Origin: Fuscovulum sp.
GTDB lineage: Bacteria; Pseudomonadota; Alphaproteobacteria; Rhodobacterales; Rhodobacteraceae
NCBI GenBank assembly: GCA_035192965.1
Contig: CP136571.1
Coordinates: 3,961,666 to 4,025,665, forward strand
Length of the DNA: 64,000 nucleotides
Reading direction: 5' to 3'
The position numbers and the translations under genes were made by a program. This document shows positions 29,832 through 40,740 of the stretch, one piece after another. The notes under the pieces are model-generated. The model searched no databases and was not told where the DNA came from. It saw only the letters and a list, made by a program, of their open reading frames with translations. The stretch's first letter is position 1, and each line of letters starts with the position of its first letter.

Positions 29832-31027
29832 CAGAACGCCCCGCCCATATCCAGCGCATCAGCCAGACCCTCGGCATCCGCCCCGCCATCGCCCATCCTC
29901 TGCCGCACCAGATCCAGCGCCGCCACCCCCGTCACCGTCACGCTTTGGGCAAAATGCGCCAGAATCGGCTGGCTGATGAACACCAGCGACAGCGCGCCGA
30001 ACACCGTCAGCACCAGCAGATACAGCACCACCCCCAGCACGGCGAATTCCAGCTGCACGAACTCGCTCGCCTCTTCGATCCCCACCATCATCGCCCCCAG
30101 CGGCGCAAAGATCACCGCCGACGCGAACCCGCCCAGCAGACCCACGATCAACACACCCTTGATATAGGTCCACACCACTGCCCCCGCCCGCGGCGCGGCG
30201 CGAAAGCCAAGGCCCCCCTCCATCACCTTATGCGACATCAGGTATCCAAAGGCCCGCACGCGATACAGGATCAGACCCACCAGACCCCAGATCACGCCTA
30301 GCACGCCCAAAAGCCCGGCCATCCAACTTTCGTTCAGCGCCCCAAAGATGAACGCCGCTACGATCATCCCCATGCCGACGATCACGTGAAAATAAGCCCG
30401 GTACAGCCCCGTCCACACGCCCCCCTGCCGGAACCGCGCGGAGCCATACCATGTCCGGTCGGTCATGTAGGCTTCCAGCCGGAACGTCATCAGCGGCCAC
30501 AACAGCCCCAGCGACACCACCGTCAACACCAGATAGCCCAGCGCGCGGATCACATAGCCGCCTGCCGCATTCTCCATCGTGAAACGAATGCCCCGCAGCC
30601 GCGTCCGCGCCAGCTTGTATCGACGCGACCGATAGGCCGCAAAAATCATCAGGGGCAGCACGGCAAGGAAAGACAGCGCAATCGAAATGCCCTGCGCAAT
30701 CTCCTCGACCTCGGACTGCGGGTCGAACACGAACCGGATACCGACCGAGAACAGGATCAACTGCACAATCGCCAGATAGACGGCCAGCACCACCACCGCC
30801 ATCAGGAACCCCAGAAACATCTCAAGGCCCGTTCCGGTGAACTCCAGCGCGTCATCGCCCACGCGCATCTTGGCCCAGACATGCCGCCGAATGCGCGCCT
30901 TGCCCCAGAACCGGTAAATCCCCAGCGTCACCAGTCCCAGCACACCCGTGCCCAGCGCCAGCGGAAACAGCTTCGCCGCATCCCCCCGATATTGCACCTG
31001 CACATCCGTTACAGCGGGGTGATCCAT
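29831..31027 (-). CDS. YjgN/DUF898-like polytopic inner-membrane protein
   Basis: 398 aa with multiple TM helices. Begins LFPLALGTGVLGLVTLGIYRFWGKARIRRHVW. Family assignment is from memory of the DUF898 pattern. Confidence 0.65.
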   Translation of the reverse strand: MDHPAVTDVQVQYRGDAAKLFPLALGTGVLGLVTLGIYRFWGKARIRRHVWAKMRVGDDALEFTGTGLEMFLGFLMAVVVLAVYLAIVQLILFSVGIRFVFDPQSEVEEIAQGISIALSFLAVLPLMIFAAYRSRRYKLARTRLRGIRFTMENAAGGYVIRALGYLVLTVVSLGLLWPLMTFRLEAYMTDRTWYGSARFRQGGVWTGLYRAYFHVIVGMGMIVAAFIFGALNESWMAGLLGVLGVIWGLVGLILYRVRAFGYLMSHKVMEGGLGFRAAPRAGAVVWTYIKGVLIVGLLGGFASAVIFAPLGAMMVGIEEASEFVQLEFAVLGVVLYLLVLTVFGALSLVFISQPILAHFAQSVTVTGVAALDLVRQRMGDGGADAEGLADALDMGGAF

Positions 31028-31049
31028 CGCAACCGTCCTGAAAATTCAC

Positions 31050-33353
31050 TCAGTTAAATCTGTTATCCCTCGGGAAACCCCGCGGTGCCATCTTGCCCGC
31101 CCCCGCCCGCGGCCCGGCCCATTCGGCCAGATCCGCCTCGGTCCGCGTCCGCCCGGCCGGGTCTTTCCACGTCAGCCCCTCGGCCAGCGTGAAGGTCGTC
31201 GCATCCGACAACCCGCCGTCCTTGTATTTCTGCAACCGCACGCCCTTGCCCTTGGCCATCTCGGGCAGTTCCGCCAGCGGGAAGACCAGCAACTTGCGGT
31301 TATCCCCCACCACGGCAACCGTATCCCCGGCCACCCGGCGGCACAGCGCGGTCTTCACACCATCGCGCACGGTCAGCACCTGCTTGCCCGCCCGCGTTTG
31401 CGCCAGCACCTCTTCCGATGGCACCACGAACCCATCACCCGCCGTCGATGCCACCAGCAGCTTCTCGCCCGCGCGATAGATCATCAACTCAATGATCTCT
31501 GCCTCGTTCGGCAGATCGACCATCAGCCGCACGGGTTCGCCCATCCCCCGCCCACCGGGCAGGTTCGCGCCCAACAGCGTGTAGAACCGCCCGTTCGACC
31601 CGACGAGCAAGATCTTGTCCGTCGTTTCGGCATGGAACAGGAACCGTCCTTCATCCCCGTCCTTGAACTTCACGTCCGTGTCCAGCGCGACCTGCCCCTT
31701 CATCGCGCGGATCCAGCCCATCTTGGAACAGATAACGGTGATCGGTTCCCGCTCGATCATCGCCTCGAACGGCACCTCTTCCACATCGCCCATCTCGGCA
31801 AATGCCGTGCGCCGCGCGCCACCCTTGCTGTCCTTGCCGAACTGCTTGCGGATCGCCTCAAGCTCCACGCCCACCTGCTTCCACTGGCGGCGGTCGCTTT
31901 CCAGCAGGTCCGCCAGATCGGCCCGCTCCTTCATCAGCGCGTCGCGCTCGCGGATCAGCTCTATCTCTTCCAGTCGCCGCAAAGACCGCAGCCGCATGTT
32001 CAGGATGGCTTCCGCCTGCACCTCGGTCAGCTCTCCCTCACCGTCCGGGGGGCCGACATAATCCTTCTCCGACATGGCGCGTTTGTGGTCTTTCGACCAA
32101 TCCTCGGCCATCAACGCGCGCTTGGGATCGTCGTCATAACGGATGATGTCGATCACCCGGTCGAGGTTGAGGAAAGCAATGATAAAGCCTTCCAACACCT
32201 CAAGCCGGTGGTCGATCTTCTCCATCCGGTGCAGCGACCGGCGCTGCAACACGTCGCGGCGATGGTCAAGGAACGCCCGCAGCACCTCTTTCAGGCTGCA
32301 CACCTTCGGCACCTTACCATCAATCAGCACGTTCATGTTCAGGCTGAAGCGAATCTCCAGATCGCTGTTCTTGAACAGCATCCCCATCAGCATGTCGGGT
32401 TCCACCGTCCGCGTGCGCGGCTCCAGCACGATCCGCACATCATCGGCGCTTTCGTCCCGCACATCGGCGAGGATCGGGATCTTCTTGGTCTGGATCAGTT
32501 CCGCCAGCTTTTCGATCAGCTTGGATTTCTGCACCTGATACGGGATCTCGGTCACAACGATCTGCCACATCCCGCGGCCCAGATCTTCCACCTCCCATTT
32601 CGCGCGCAGCCGGAACGACCCCCGCCCCGTGCGATAAGCGTCCAGGATATTTGCCCGCGGCTCCACCAGAACCCCGCCCGTCGGGAAATCCGGTCCCGGC
32701 ACAAAGGCCACCAACTCGTCGTCACTGATCCCCGGATTGCCCAGCATCGCATGGCAGGCCCCGATCAACTCATCCAGGTTATGCGGCGGAATGTTCGTGG
32801 CCATCCCCACCGCGATGCCGGACGATCCATTGGCCAGCAGGTTGGGAAACGCCGCCGGCATCACCACCGGCTCTTCCAGCGTGCCGTCATAGTTCGGGCG
32901 GAAGTCCACGGCGTTCTCGGCCAGCCCTTCCATCAGCGTCTCGGCAATCGCCGTCAGCCGTGCTTCGGTATAGCGGCTGGCGGCCGGGTTATCCCCGTCG
33001 ATATTGCCGAAATTCCCTTGCCCATCGACCAGCGGATAACGAACGTTGAAATCCTGCGCCAACCGCGCCATCGCGTCATAGATCGCAGCATCGCCATGCG
33101 GGTGATAGTTCCCCATCACATCGCCGCTGATCTTGGCCGATTTGCGGAATCCCCCCGTCGCCGTCAGCCGCAATTCCCGCATCGCATACAGAATCCGCCG
33201 ATGCACCGGCTTCAACCCATCCCGCGCATCGGGCAGCGCCCGATGCATGATGGTGGACAGCGCATAGGTCAAATACCGCTCGCCGATCGCACGGCTCAAC
33301 GGTTCAGACAGCTCGATAGGCTCGATTTTGGGGTTCACAGGCGTGTCAGACAT
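31050..33353 (-). CDS. parC: DNA topoisomerase IV subunit A
   Basis: 767 aa, with [34 protein letters not shown]. The length fits ParC rather than the longer GyrA. Confidence 0.85.
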   Translation of the reverse strand: MSDTPVNPKIEPIELSEPLSRAIGERYLTYALSTIMHRALPDARDGLKPVHRRILYAMRELRLTATGGFRKSAKISGDVMGNYHPHGDAAIYDAMARLAQDFNVRYPLVDGQGNFGNIDGDNPAASRYTEARLTAIAETLMEGLAENAVDFRPNYDGTLEEPVVMPAAFPNLLANGSSGIAVGMATNIPPHNLDELIGACHAMLGNPGISDDELVAFVPGPDFPTGGVLVEPRANILDAYRTGRGSFRLRAKWEVEDLGRGMWQIVVTEIPYQVQKSKLIEKLAELIQTKKIPILADVRDESADDVRIVLEPRTRTVEPDMLMGMLFKNSDLEIRFSLNMNVLIDGKVPKVCSLKEVLRAFLDHRRDVLQRRSLHRMEKIDHRLEVLEGFIIAFLNLDRVIDIIRYDDDPKRALMAEDWSKDHKRAMSEKDYVGPPDGEGELTEVQAEAILNMRLRSLRRLEEIELIRERDALMKERADLADLLESDRRQWKQVGVELEAIRKQFGKDSKGGARRTAFAEMGDVEEVPFEAMIEREPITVICSKMGWIRAMKGQVALDTDVKFKDGDEGRFLFHAETTDKILLVGSNGRFYTLLGANLPGGRGMGEPVRLMVDLPNEAEIIELMIYRAGEKLLVASTAGDGFVVPSEEVLAQTRAGKQVLTVRDGVKTALCRRVAGDTVAVVGDNRKLLVFPLAELPEMAKGKGVRLQKYKDGGLSDATTFTLAEGLTWKDPAGRTRTEADLAEWAGPRAGAGKMAPRGFPRDNRFN

Positions 33354-33523
33354 GGATGTTGTGTAATTCGCCGCGCGCCATCGGTCCAGCCGAAACCACC
33401 GCCGAATCCACCATTGGCCCCACCCCGATCAGACAATGGTCGAACGTGCAAATTTTCACACCGACTCAACCACAAGCCATGCTATGGCACAGGTCATTCC
33501 AGCGTATGAGTCGGGCATTAACC

Positions 33524-34039
33524 ATGTTTCGCTACCTCGTTTTCTTCGGCGCCACCTTTTACCTCGCCCTTCTGATCGGCGGTGAAGATCGCGGCCAGCA
33601 GCGCATGGGTCTGCAAGGGGCCTATGACGTGGCCCTCGCCCCCGCCCTGCCCGCGCCGCAATCGGAAACCGAAACGCAAACCGCCGCCGCCCCGGCCGAC
33701 ACGCTGCGCATCCTGCCCGCGCCGGAACAGGCCACGATCCAACCCGCCAGCCTGACCAGCGCGGAACCGGAACCCGCCTTCAACGATTTCAACAACCCGA
33801 CTGTCACCCTGCGCTACATCACGGCCGAAGCCGCCAATGTCCGCGACGCTGCCAGCCGCACCGGATCGGTGATCGACCGTGTCGAACGCGGCGAGATTGT
33901 TCAGGTCGTCGAAGAGATCGGCGATTGGGTCCATATCCGCATCGAAGGCGATGGCATTGATGGCTTCGTCCACCGCCGCCTGATCTCGTCCGATGCGCCC
34001 TCGCTCTCCACCCTGTCGCTCGGGCCGTCCAGCGACTGA
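33524..34039 (+). CDS. SH3b-domain protein with an N-terminal membrane anchor
   Basis: MFRYLVFFGATFYLALLIGG; the C-terminal part reads LRYITAEAANVRDAASRTGSVIDRVERGEIVQVVEEIGDWVHIRIEG. ATG 33506 is the alternative start. Confidence 0.6.
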   Translation: MFRYLVFFGATFYLALLIGGEDRGQQRMGLQGAYDVALAPALPAPQSETETQTAAAPADTLRILPAPEQATIQPASLTSAEPEPAFNDFNNPTVTLRYITAEAANVRDAASRTGSVIDRVERGEIVQVVEEIGDWVHIRIEGDGIDGFVHRRLISSDAPSLSTLSLGPSSD

Positions 34040-34119
34040 CCACCCCGCCATTGCCAAATCGCCCAAGCTGCCGCTAAATCCATGACAAAGCAGCAGAACA
34101 AAAATCAGGCGGCAGGCAC

Positions 34120-34944
34120 ATGCGTTCCATCCTCATCACCGGATGCTCCTCGGGCATCGGCTACGACGCCGCGCATGCCCTCAAGGCGCGTGGCTGGCGC
34201 GTCTTTGCCACCTGCCGCCAACAGGGCGATTGTGACCGGCTGATCAGCGAAGGGCTGGAAAGCTTCCCCCTTGACCACGCCAGCGAAGCCAGCATCGAAT
34301 CCGCCGTGACCGAGGTGTTGAACCGCACCGATGGCAAACTTGACGCCCTGTTCAACAATGGTGCCTTCGCCTGCCCCGGCGCAGTCGAAGACCTGCCCCG
34401 GGGCGCGCTGCGGGAAATCTTTGAAACCAACTTCTTTGGCTATCACGACCTGACCCGCCGCCTGATCCCCACCTTCCGCGCCCAAGGGCATGGCCGTATC
34501 GTCAACTGCTCCTCCGTCCTCGGCCTTGTGGGGGCGAAATGGCGGGGGGCCTATGTCTCCACCAAATTCGCGCTGGAAGGGCTGTCCGATGTCCTGCGCC
34601 TTGAAATGCAAGGCACGGGGATCGACGTCATCCTCATCGAACCCGGCCCCATCGGCACCCGCATCCGCGAAAACGCCATCCCGCACTTTGAGAAATGGAT
34701 CGATTGGGAAAACTCCGCCCGGCGCGACGAATACAGCACCCTCCTCGACCGGCTCTACAAACCCGATGCGCGGAAAGACCGCTGGGAACTCCCCGCCGCC
34801 GCCGTCACGGCCAAGCTGATCCACGCCGTCGAATCCCCCCGCCCCCGCGCGCGCTACTACGTCACCACCCCCACCCACATTGCGGGTTTCTTCAAACGCA
34901 TCCTGCCCACCCGCCTGCTCGACCGCGTCATCGCCAAAGGCTGA
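34120..34944 (+). CDS. Short-chain dehydrogenase/reductase (SDR)
   Basis: MRSILITGCSSGIGYDAA (TGxxxGIG) and YVSTK (YxxxK). Confidence 0.88.
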   Translation: MRSILITGCSSGIGYDAAHALKARGWRVFATCRQQGDCDRLISEGLESFPLDHASEASIESAVTEVLNRTDGKLDALFNNGAFACPGAVEDLPRGALREIFETNFFGYHDLTRRLIPTFRAQGHGRIVNCSSVLGLVGAKWRGAYVSTKFALEGLSDVLRLEMQGTGIDVILIEPGPIGTRIRENAIPHFEKWIDWENSARRDEYSTLLDRLYKPDARKDRWELPAAAVTAKLIHAVESPRPRARYYVTTPTHIAGFFKRILPTRLLDRVIAKG

Positions 34945-35051
34945 CCCCACGAACCACCCAGTCGCGGCAAATTCCCCGTCCCGGCAAATTGCCCTTTGGC
35001 TTTTCCGCCATTCACCCCTAGATCACCCGCAGCGCATCAGGGGGAACCGCC

Positions 35052-35255
35052 ATGCTGTCAGACCCGCTCTTCATCGTCGCCGCGATTGCCGCCCTTGCGG
35101 TGCTGGCCATCCTGATGATCGGCATCGGCGGCTTTGCCAAAGGCGGCGACTTCAACCGCAAACACGCCAACCGCATCATGCGTTATCGCATCATCGCGCA
35201 GGCCGTGGCCGTGGCCCTGATCGTCGCTTTCGCCTATCTGCAATCCAAGAGGTAA
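35052..35255 (+). CDS. Twin-transmembrane-helix small protein (HIG1-domain-like)
   Basis: 67 aa with two TM helices, separated by GGDFNRKHANRIMRYR. Confidence 0.7.
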   Translation: MLSDPLFIVAAIAALAVLAILMIGIGGFAKGGDFNRKHANRIMRYRIIAQAVAVALIVAFAYLQSKR

Positions 35256-35258
35256 CCG

Positions 35259-35837
35259 ATGGTCGTCCTGTCCAAGATCTACACCAAGACCGGCGACGCC
35301 GGCGAAACCGCGCTCGGCAACGGGGCCCGCGTGGCCAAACATGCCACCCGCGTCTCGGCCTATGGCACCGTGGATGAAACCAACGCCACCGTCGGCCTTG
35401 CCCGCCTTCATGCCGATACCGACATGGACGCCGCCCTCGCCCGCATCTCGAACGACCTGTTCGATCTCGGCGCCGATCTCTGCACCCCCGACATGCATCT
35501 TGACGAAACCCTCCCCTACACCCCCCTGCGGATGCAAGAGGCGCAAGTCATCCGGCTAGAGCGGGAAATCGACGTGATGAACGCCAAACTGCAACCGCTG
35601 CGGTCTTTCATTCTGCCCGGCGGCTCGCCGCTGGCCACCTACCTGCACCTTTGCCGCACCGTCTGCCGCCGCGCCGAACGCCTGACCGTGGAACTTGCCA
35701 CCATGGAATCGGTTAACCCCGAGTCGGTGAAATACCTCAACCGCCTCTCCGACTGGTTCTTCGTGGCAGGCCGCATCGCCAACAACGACGGCAAGGATGA
35801 TGTCCTCTGGGTGCCGGGACTGACCCGCGAAGGCTGA
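35259..35837 (+). CDS. PduO-type ATP:cob(I)alamin adenosyltransferase
   Basis: MVVLSKIYTKTGDAGETALGNGARVAKH...YGTVDETNATVG. Confidence 0.88.
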   Translation: MVVLSKIYTKTGDAGETALGNGARVAKHATRVSAYGTVDETNATVGLARLHADTDMDAALARISNDLFDLGADLCTPDMHLDETLPYTPLRMQEAQVIRLEREIDVMNAKLQPLRSFILPGGSPLATYLHLCRTVCRRAERLTVELATMESVNPESVKYLNRLSDWFFVAGRIANNDGKDDVLWVPGLTREG

Positions 35838-35974
35838 CCCGCCGGGAAAACGCGACGTCCCGACGCGCTTTGCTGTCGTATTTGATCTGTTGCAACCCGG
35901 TCGGACGGTCTAGTTACCCTATCGAGAGCTTGGGATAAGGTCCGCGCCGCCGGGCCTGCAAAAGGAGATACGCG

Positions 35975-36736
35975 ATGAAGGTCCTCGTGCCCGTCAAACG
36001 TGTGATCGACTACAACGTGAAAGTCCGCGTCAAGGCGGATGGATCGGGCGTCGATCTCGCCAACGTCAAGATGTCGATGAACCCCTTCGACGAAATCGCC
36101 GTCGAAGAGGCGATCCGTCTAAAGGAAAAGGGCATTGCGACCGAAATCATCGTCGTCTCCATCGGCGTGAAGCAGGCGCAGGAAACGCTCCGCACCGCGC
36201 TCGCCATGGGTGCCGACCGCGCCATCCTGATCGAGGCCACCGATAACGTCCACACCGACATCGAACCCCTCGCCGTCGCCAAACTGCTGGCCGGCGTGGT
36301 CAAGGAAGAAGGCCCCGGCCTCGTCCTCTGCGGCAAGCAGGCGATCGACAATGACATGAACGCCACCGGCCAGATGCTGTCGGCCCTGCTGGGCTGGTCG
36401 CAGGCGACCTTCGCCTCCGAACTCGCCATCGAAGGCGACACCGCCACCGTCACGCGCGAAGTCGACGGCGGCCTCCAGACCATCGCGGTCAAGATGCCCG
36501 CCATCGTGACCGTCGACCTGCGCCTGAACGAGCCGCGCTATGCCTCGCTGCCCAATATCATGAAGGCCAAGGCCAAGCCGCTCGCCGCCAAGACGCCCGC
36601 TGATTACGGCGTCGACGTGGCCCCGCGCCTGTCGGTCGTGAAAACCGTGGAACCCGCAGGCCGCAAGGCCGGCGTCAAGGTCGGCTCCATTCAGGAACTG
36701 ATCGCGAAACTCAAAGACGAAGCAGGGGTGATCTGA
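35975..36736 (+). CDS. etfB: Electron transfer flavoprotein subunit beta
   Basis: [46 protein letters not shown]. Confidence 0.94.
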   Translation: MKVLVPVKRVIDYNVKVRVKADGSGVDLANVKMSMNPFDEIAVEEAIRLKEKGIATEIIVVSIGVKQAQETLRTALAMGADRAILIEATDNVHTDIEPLAVAKLLAGVVKEEGPGLVLCGKQAIDNDMNATGQMLSALLGWSQATFASELAIEGDTATVTREVDGGLQTIAVKMPAIVTVDLRLNEPRYASLPNIMKAKAKPLAAKTPADYGVDVAPRLSVVKTVEPAGRKAGVKVGSIQELIAKLKDEAGVI

Positions 36737-37659
36737 TGGCCGTTCTTCTTCTCGCCGATGTGAATGACGGGCAGCTCGCCACCGATGCCGTGGCAAAGAC
36801 CCTCTCCGCCGTGGCGTCGCTGGGCGACGTGCATCTCCTGATCGCAGGCACCTCCGCCGCAGCAGCGGCCGAGGCCGCCAAGCTCGCAGGTGTGGCCAAG
36901 GTTCTTCACGCAGATGACGCCGCCTTCGATCATGGCATGGCCGAATCCACCGCCGCCCTGATCGCGGGTCTGGCGGGCGGCTACAGCCACATCGCCGCCG
37001 CCGCCACCGCGTTTTCCAAGAATGTGCTGCCCCGCGTGGCCGCCCTTCTCGACGTGATGGTGATCTCCGACGTGACCGCCGTCATCGACGCCGACACGTT
37101 CGAACGCCCGATCTACGCCGGCAACGCCATCCAGACCGTGAAATCGGCGGATGCGAAAAAGGTGTTCACCGTCCGCACGGCCTCTTTCGCCGCTGTCGGC
37201 AACACCGGCGCGGCAGCCGTCGAAAAGATCGCCGCCAGCGCCGATGCCTCGCTGTCGAAATGGGTTGAAGACAAGGTCGCCGCCTCTGACCGCCCGGAAC
37301 TCACCTCCGCAGGCATCGTCGTCTCTGGTGGCCGTGGCGTCGGGTCCCAAGCCGATTTCGCCCTGATCGAACAACTGGCCGACAAGCTGGGTGCCGCCGT
37401 CGGTGCCTCGCGCGCGGCGGTCGACTCGGGCTACGCTCCGAACGATTGGCAGGTCGGCCAAACCGGCAAGGTCGTCGCCCCCACGCTCTACGTGGCCGTC
37501 GGCATCTCGGGTGCGATCCAGCATCTGGCCGGGATGAAGGACTCCAAGGTCATCGTCGCCATCAACAAAGACGAAGAGGCCCCGATCTTCCAGGTCGCCG
37601 ATTACGGCCTCGTGGCCGACCTCTTCACCGCCGTGCCGGAAATGATCGAAAAGCTCTGA
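36736..37659 (+). CDS. etfA: Electron transfer flavoprotein subunit alpha
   Basis: 307 aa. TGATG overlap with etf[11 protein letters not shown]...[16 protein letters not shown]. Confidence 0.94.
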   Translation: MAVLLLADVNDGQLATDAVAKTLSAVASLGDVHLLIAGTSAAAAAEAAKLAGVAKVLHADDAAFDHGMAESTAALIAGLAGGYSHIAAAATAFSKNVLPRVAALLDVMVISDVTAVIDADTFERPIYAGNAIQTVKSADAKKVFTVRTASFAAVGNTGAAAVEKIAASADASLSKWVEDKVAASDRPELTSAGIVVSGGRGVGSQADFALIEQLADKLGAAVGASRAAVDSGYAPNDWQVGQTGKVVAPTLYVAVGISGAIQHLAGMKDSKVIVAINKDEEAPIFQVADYGLVADLFTAVPEMIEKL

Positions 37660-37684
37660 TCCCGCCGCAGGCCGGATCGGAACA

Positions 37685-37714
37685 GGGGCGCGGGTGCAAA
37701 CCCGCGCCCCTTTT
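37685..37714 (+). terminator. Intrinsic terminator after etfA (shared with the convergent gene)
   Basis: GGGGCGCGGG-TGCAAA-CCCGCGCCCC followed by TTTT. Confidence 0.8.
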
Positions 37715-37717
37715 GCA

Positions 37718-38539
37718 TCACACCATCCCGCGCAGCACCGGCAACAGGGCCGCCGCCACATCCTCATGCGCCACCACACCCGGCAGGCCCCGCGCCGCAG
37801 GCTCGGCCAAGGCCGGAAACACCATCCCCTCCAGCCCCTTCCACCGCGTTGCCACACTGGGCGTCACGGTCACCAGCGCATCCGCCCGCTCCATCGCCGC
37901 CTCCAACATCGCCGCATCCACCAGCAGCGGCTCTCCCATCGGCACATCGCGGCGCGGGCCGGGGGCCTGATCGGCCATCCACAGCAGCACCGTCTTTCCC
38001 CGCATCCCTGCCAGCAATGCCCCCATCCGCGCGCCCCAGGCCGCCCGCAACTCATCCGCCACCAGCGCAAACCGCTCTGGCCCCGCCTCGAACAGTGACC
38101 GCAGCATATGGCGGGTAAAGCTGAAATCCGTGAAATCCACCCCGCGATAGATCGCCTGCAACAAGGGCGACGCCCGCAGGAACCGGTCATTGCGCCGTTG
38201 ATGTACCGTATACAGCCGGTTCGTCAGATCCGCCGCGCCGGGCACCTGCACCACTGTCACAACCGCCCGCGACACGATCTCCATCACCGCCGGATCGTTC
38301 AGCCATGCATCCGGCCCCGCATTGGGGCAGCCCAGATTGACCACCGGCAGATCAAGCCCCGCCTCCAGCAGCGCGGGATAGGGCTGCGGGATATAGCGGC
38401 CATAAGCCTCGATCCCGCCCAGAACCACCGCATAGCGCCCGCCCAGATCGCGCCGCGGCCCGCGAAACAGCAACCGCGACCGCCCATACCGGCACGGCAT
38501 ATAATCCAGCGACCCGTCGCCGGGATAAACATAGGCCAT
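37718..38539 (-). CDS. Conserved hypothetical protein (possibly the DUF6473 family; uncertain)
   Basis: From ATG 38539: [32 protein letters not shown]. The track ORF start (38656) overlaps the divergent hbd upstream region. Confidence 0.55.
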   Translation of the reverse strand: MAYVYPGDGSLDYMPCRYGRSRLLFRGPRRDLGGRYAVVLGGIEAYGRYIPQPYPALLEAGLDLPVVNLGCPNAGPDAWLNDPAVMEIVSRAVVTVVQVPGAADLTNRLYTVHQRRNDRFLRASPLLQAIYRGVDFTDFSFTRHMLRSLFEAGPERFALVADELRAAWGARMGALLAGMRGKTVLLWMADQAPGPRRDVPMGEPLLVDAAMLEAAMERADALVTVTPSVATRWKGLEGMVFPALAEPAARGLPGVVAHEDVAAALLPVLRGMV

Positions 38540-38712
38540 CGCCCACACCCCCAAGTTTTCACAACACCCAGGGCAAAGCCTGCCGGGCAGAGATGAACAA
38601 AGGGCTAAAGTCGCAATTCGAACCAATCTTTCCGCAACACTCCCTGCCCACCCCATCTTGCGCCCACGGCCCCCACACGCCTAAGGTCGCCGCGGACAGA
38701 AGGAGCACGAAA

Positions 38713-39591
38713 ATGGCAGAGATCCGCACCGTCGGCATCGTGGGCGCAGGTCAGATGGGCAATGGCATCGCCCATGTCTTCGCCCTTGCTGGCTATGACG
38801 TGCTGCTCAATGACATCGCGCAGGACAGCCTCGACAAGGCTGTCGCGCTCATCGACCGCAACATCGAACGGCAAGTCAGCCGGGGCAAAGTCAGCGCCGA
38901 GGATAAGGCCGCCGCGATGGCCCGCATCCGGACCACGCTCAAACTCGCCGATCTCGGCCCCTCTGACCTTATCATCGAAGCCGCCACCGAACGCGAAACC
39001 GTCAAGCAGGCGATATTCGAGGATCTGCTGCCCCACCTGAAGCCCTCCACGATCCTCACCTCCAACACCTCGTCCATCTCCATCACGCGCCTTGCCAGCC
39101 GCACCGACCGGCCGGAAAAATTCATGGGCTTCCACTTCATGAACCCCGTCCCAGTGATGCAACTGGTGGAACTGATCCGCGGCATCGCCACCGATCAGGA
39201 CACTTGGGACAGCCTCCACGCCGTTGTTCGCAAACTGGGCAAGACCGCCGCCAGCGCTGAAGACTTCCCCGCTTTCATCGTCAACCGCATCCTGATGCCC
39301 ATGATCAACGAAGCGGTCTATACGCTCTACGAAGGCGTAGGCTCGGTCAAATCCATCGACGAATCTCTCAAACTCGGCGCGAACCACCCGATGGGCCCGC
39401 TGGAACTGGCCGATTTCATCGGGCTGGACACCTGCCTTGCCATCATGAACGTGCTGCATGACGGTCTGGCCGACACCAAATACCGCCCCTGCCCTCTGCT
39501 GACAAAGTATGTGGAGGCGGGGTGGCTCGGCCGCAAAACCCAGCGCGGCTTCTACGACTATCGCGGCGAAACCCCGGTTCCGACACGCTAA
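38713..39591 (+). CDS. hbd: 3-hydroxybutyryl-CoA (3-hydroxyacyl-CoA) dehydrogenase, NAD-binding
   Basis: AGGAG Shine-Dalgarno, then MAEIRTVGIVGAGQMGNGIAHVFALAGYDVLLNDI. Confidence 0.9.
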   Translation: MAEIRTVGIVGAGQMGNGIAHVFALAGYDVLLNDIAQDSLDKAVALIDRNIERQVSRGKVSAEDKAAAMARIRTTLKLADLGPSDLIIEAATERETVKQAIFEDLLPHLKPSTILTSNTSSISITRLASRTDRPEKFMGFHFMNPVPVMQLVELIRGIATDQDTWDSLHAVVRKLGKTAASAEDFPAFIVNRILMPMINEAVYTLYEGVGSVKSIDESLKLGANHPMGPLELADFIGLDTCLAIMNVLHDGLADTKYRPCPLLTKYVEAGWLGRKTQRGFYDYRGETPVPTR

Positions 39592-39594
39592 GAA

Positions 39595-39802
39595 GCGGAA
39601 ACTGACGCAGTTTCCGCGCCGATTTCTGACGCAGAAATCGGTGCCAAACTTCGTGATTTCGGAATTTGTGTCAAATTCCGCAGCGATTTCTGCGCCAGAA
39701 ATCGCCCCAAAGGCCCCTGATTTTTCGCAGAAAAATCGTTGGGGCCAGACGTCGCCCCCCTCACAGGCCCCACGATTTTCCTGCGAAAAATCAGGGCCTG
39801 TG
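39595..39802. repeat. Cluster of six palindromic hairpin units (REP-like family, locus A)
   Basis: Units: gcggaaactg-acg-cagtttccgc; ccgatttctg-acg-cagaaatcgg; cggaatttg-tgt-caaattccg; gcgatttctg-cgc-cagaaatcgc; gatttttc-gca-gaaaaatc. The sixth is cacaggccc...gggcctgtg, which encloses gattttc-ctgc-gaaaaatc. Confidence 0.85.
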
Positions 39803-39804
39803 CC

Positions 39805-40710
39805 TCATTTCTTCAAACTCAACGTATGCTCGCGCAGCCACGCCAGAAACCCCCGCGGGTTCCCTTCCCACTTCTTCAACTCCTCCGCCGGGATCGGCGC
39901 ACCGATCACGGGGCGCGTCGGCTTGAACAGGCAGCGCTTGATCTCATACAGCAGCAGCCCCTGCCGGACCGTGTCGCTGATCTTGTTGGCGATCAGAAAG
40001 GCGCGTGAATTCTGGCCGGGGAAATACACCGGCAGGATCGTCGCGCCCGAGGATTTCACGATCTTATGGGTAAAGACGTTCCACTCGCTCTCCACCGCAG
40101 GGCCCCACCAGCCCTCGGACATCGCCACCTTGCCGGCCGGGAACAGGATGATCACGCCCCCCGCCTTCAGATGCTTCATCGTCTCGTCCCGCATCTGCAG
40201 GCCCAATTCGCGCGCATTGTCCTCATGCGGAAAGGGCACCGGGATCATGAACTGTTCCACTTCCGGAATCCCCGTCAGCAGCGACCGCGTCAGGATCTTG
40301 AAATCCGACCGCACCCGCGTGACCAATTCCGCCAGAACCATCCCATCCACCAATCCCGACGGGTGGTTCGACACCACCACCAGCGGCCCGGTCTTCGGGA
40401 TCAGCGCAATCTCCTCGGGCGGCGTCTGGATGGTGATCCCCATCTGACGGATCGCCTTGGGCCAGAACGGTGCGCCCACCGGCGCCCCCGTCCGCTCGAA
40501 ATCCCGGATCAGTTTCAGCAGCGTAACCTTCGCCGTCAGCCATTCCAGAACCCGGATCGTGTTCGCCTTGACCGGGTTCTTGAACGTTCCGGCATAGGAC
40601 AGACGGCGCATGTCATAGGGGCGTTCCGCCCGCTCCACCCTGCGGCGGGCAAGTTCCTCTTCGCTCACCTCAAGGCTGCGGAGATCTTCGCTCTGCGACG
40701 TCTCGGTCAC
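39805..40710 (-). CDS. Lysophospholipid (PlsC-like) acyltransferase family protein
   Basis: 301 aa. VVVSNHPSGLVDG (HX4D motif) and IILFPAGKV. Confidence 0.75.
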   Translation of the reverse strand: MTETSQSEDLRSLEVSEEELARRRVERAERPYDMRRLSYAGTFKNPVKANTIRVLEWLTAKVTLLKLIRDFERTGAPVGAPFWPKAIRQMGITIQTPPEEIALIPKTGPLVVVSNHPSGLVDGMVLAELVTRVRSDFKILTRSLLTGIPEVEQFMIPVPFPHEDNARELGLQMRDETMKHLKAGGVIILFPAGKVAMSEGWWGPAVESEWNVFTHKIVKSSGATILPVYFPGQNSRAFLIANKISDTVRQGLLLYEIKRCLFKPTRPVIGAPIPAEELKKWEGNPRGFLAWLREHTLSLKK

Positions 40711-40740
40711 GGCGGCTTTGCCTTTCGCGTCTGACGCGCC

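Noticed and set aside
28604-30301. Pro/Arg/Ala-rich plus-strand ORFs (28604..29209, 28689..30167 and 29228..30301)
   Set aside because: They lie antisense to the M48 and DUF898 genes, and their extreme low-complexity composition is typical of the GC-rich wrong frame.
39595-39802. CRISPR array interpretation of the hairpin clusters (also at 50152..50267 and 56003..56121)
   Set aside because: The units are short palindromes of variable sequence, packed almost back to back. There are no regular unique spacers, no leader and no cas genes. They are REP-like rather than CRISPR.
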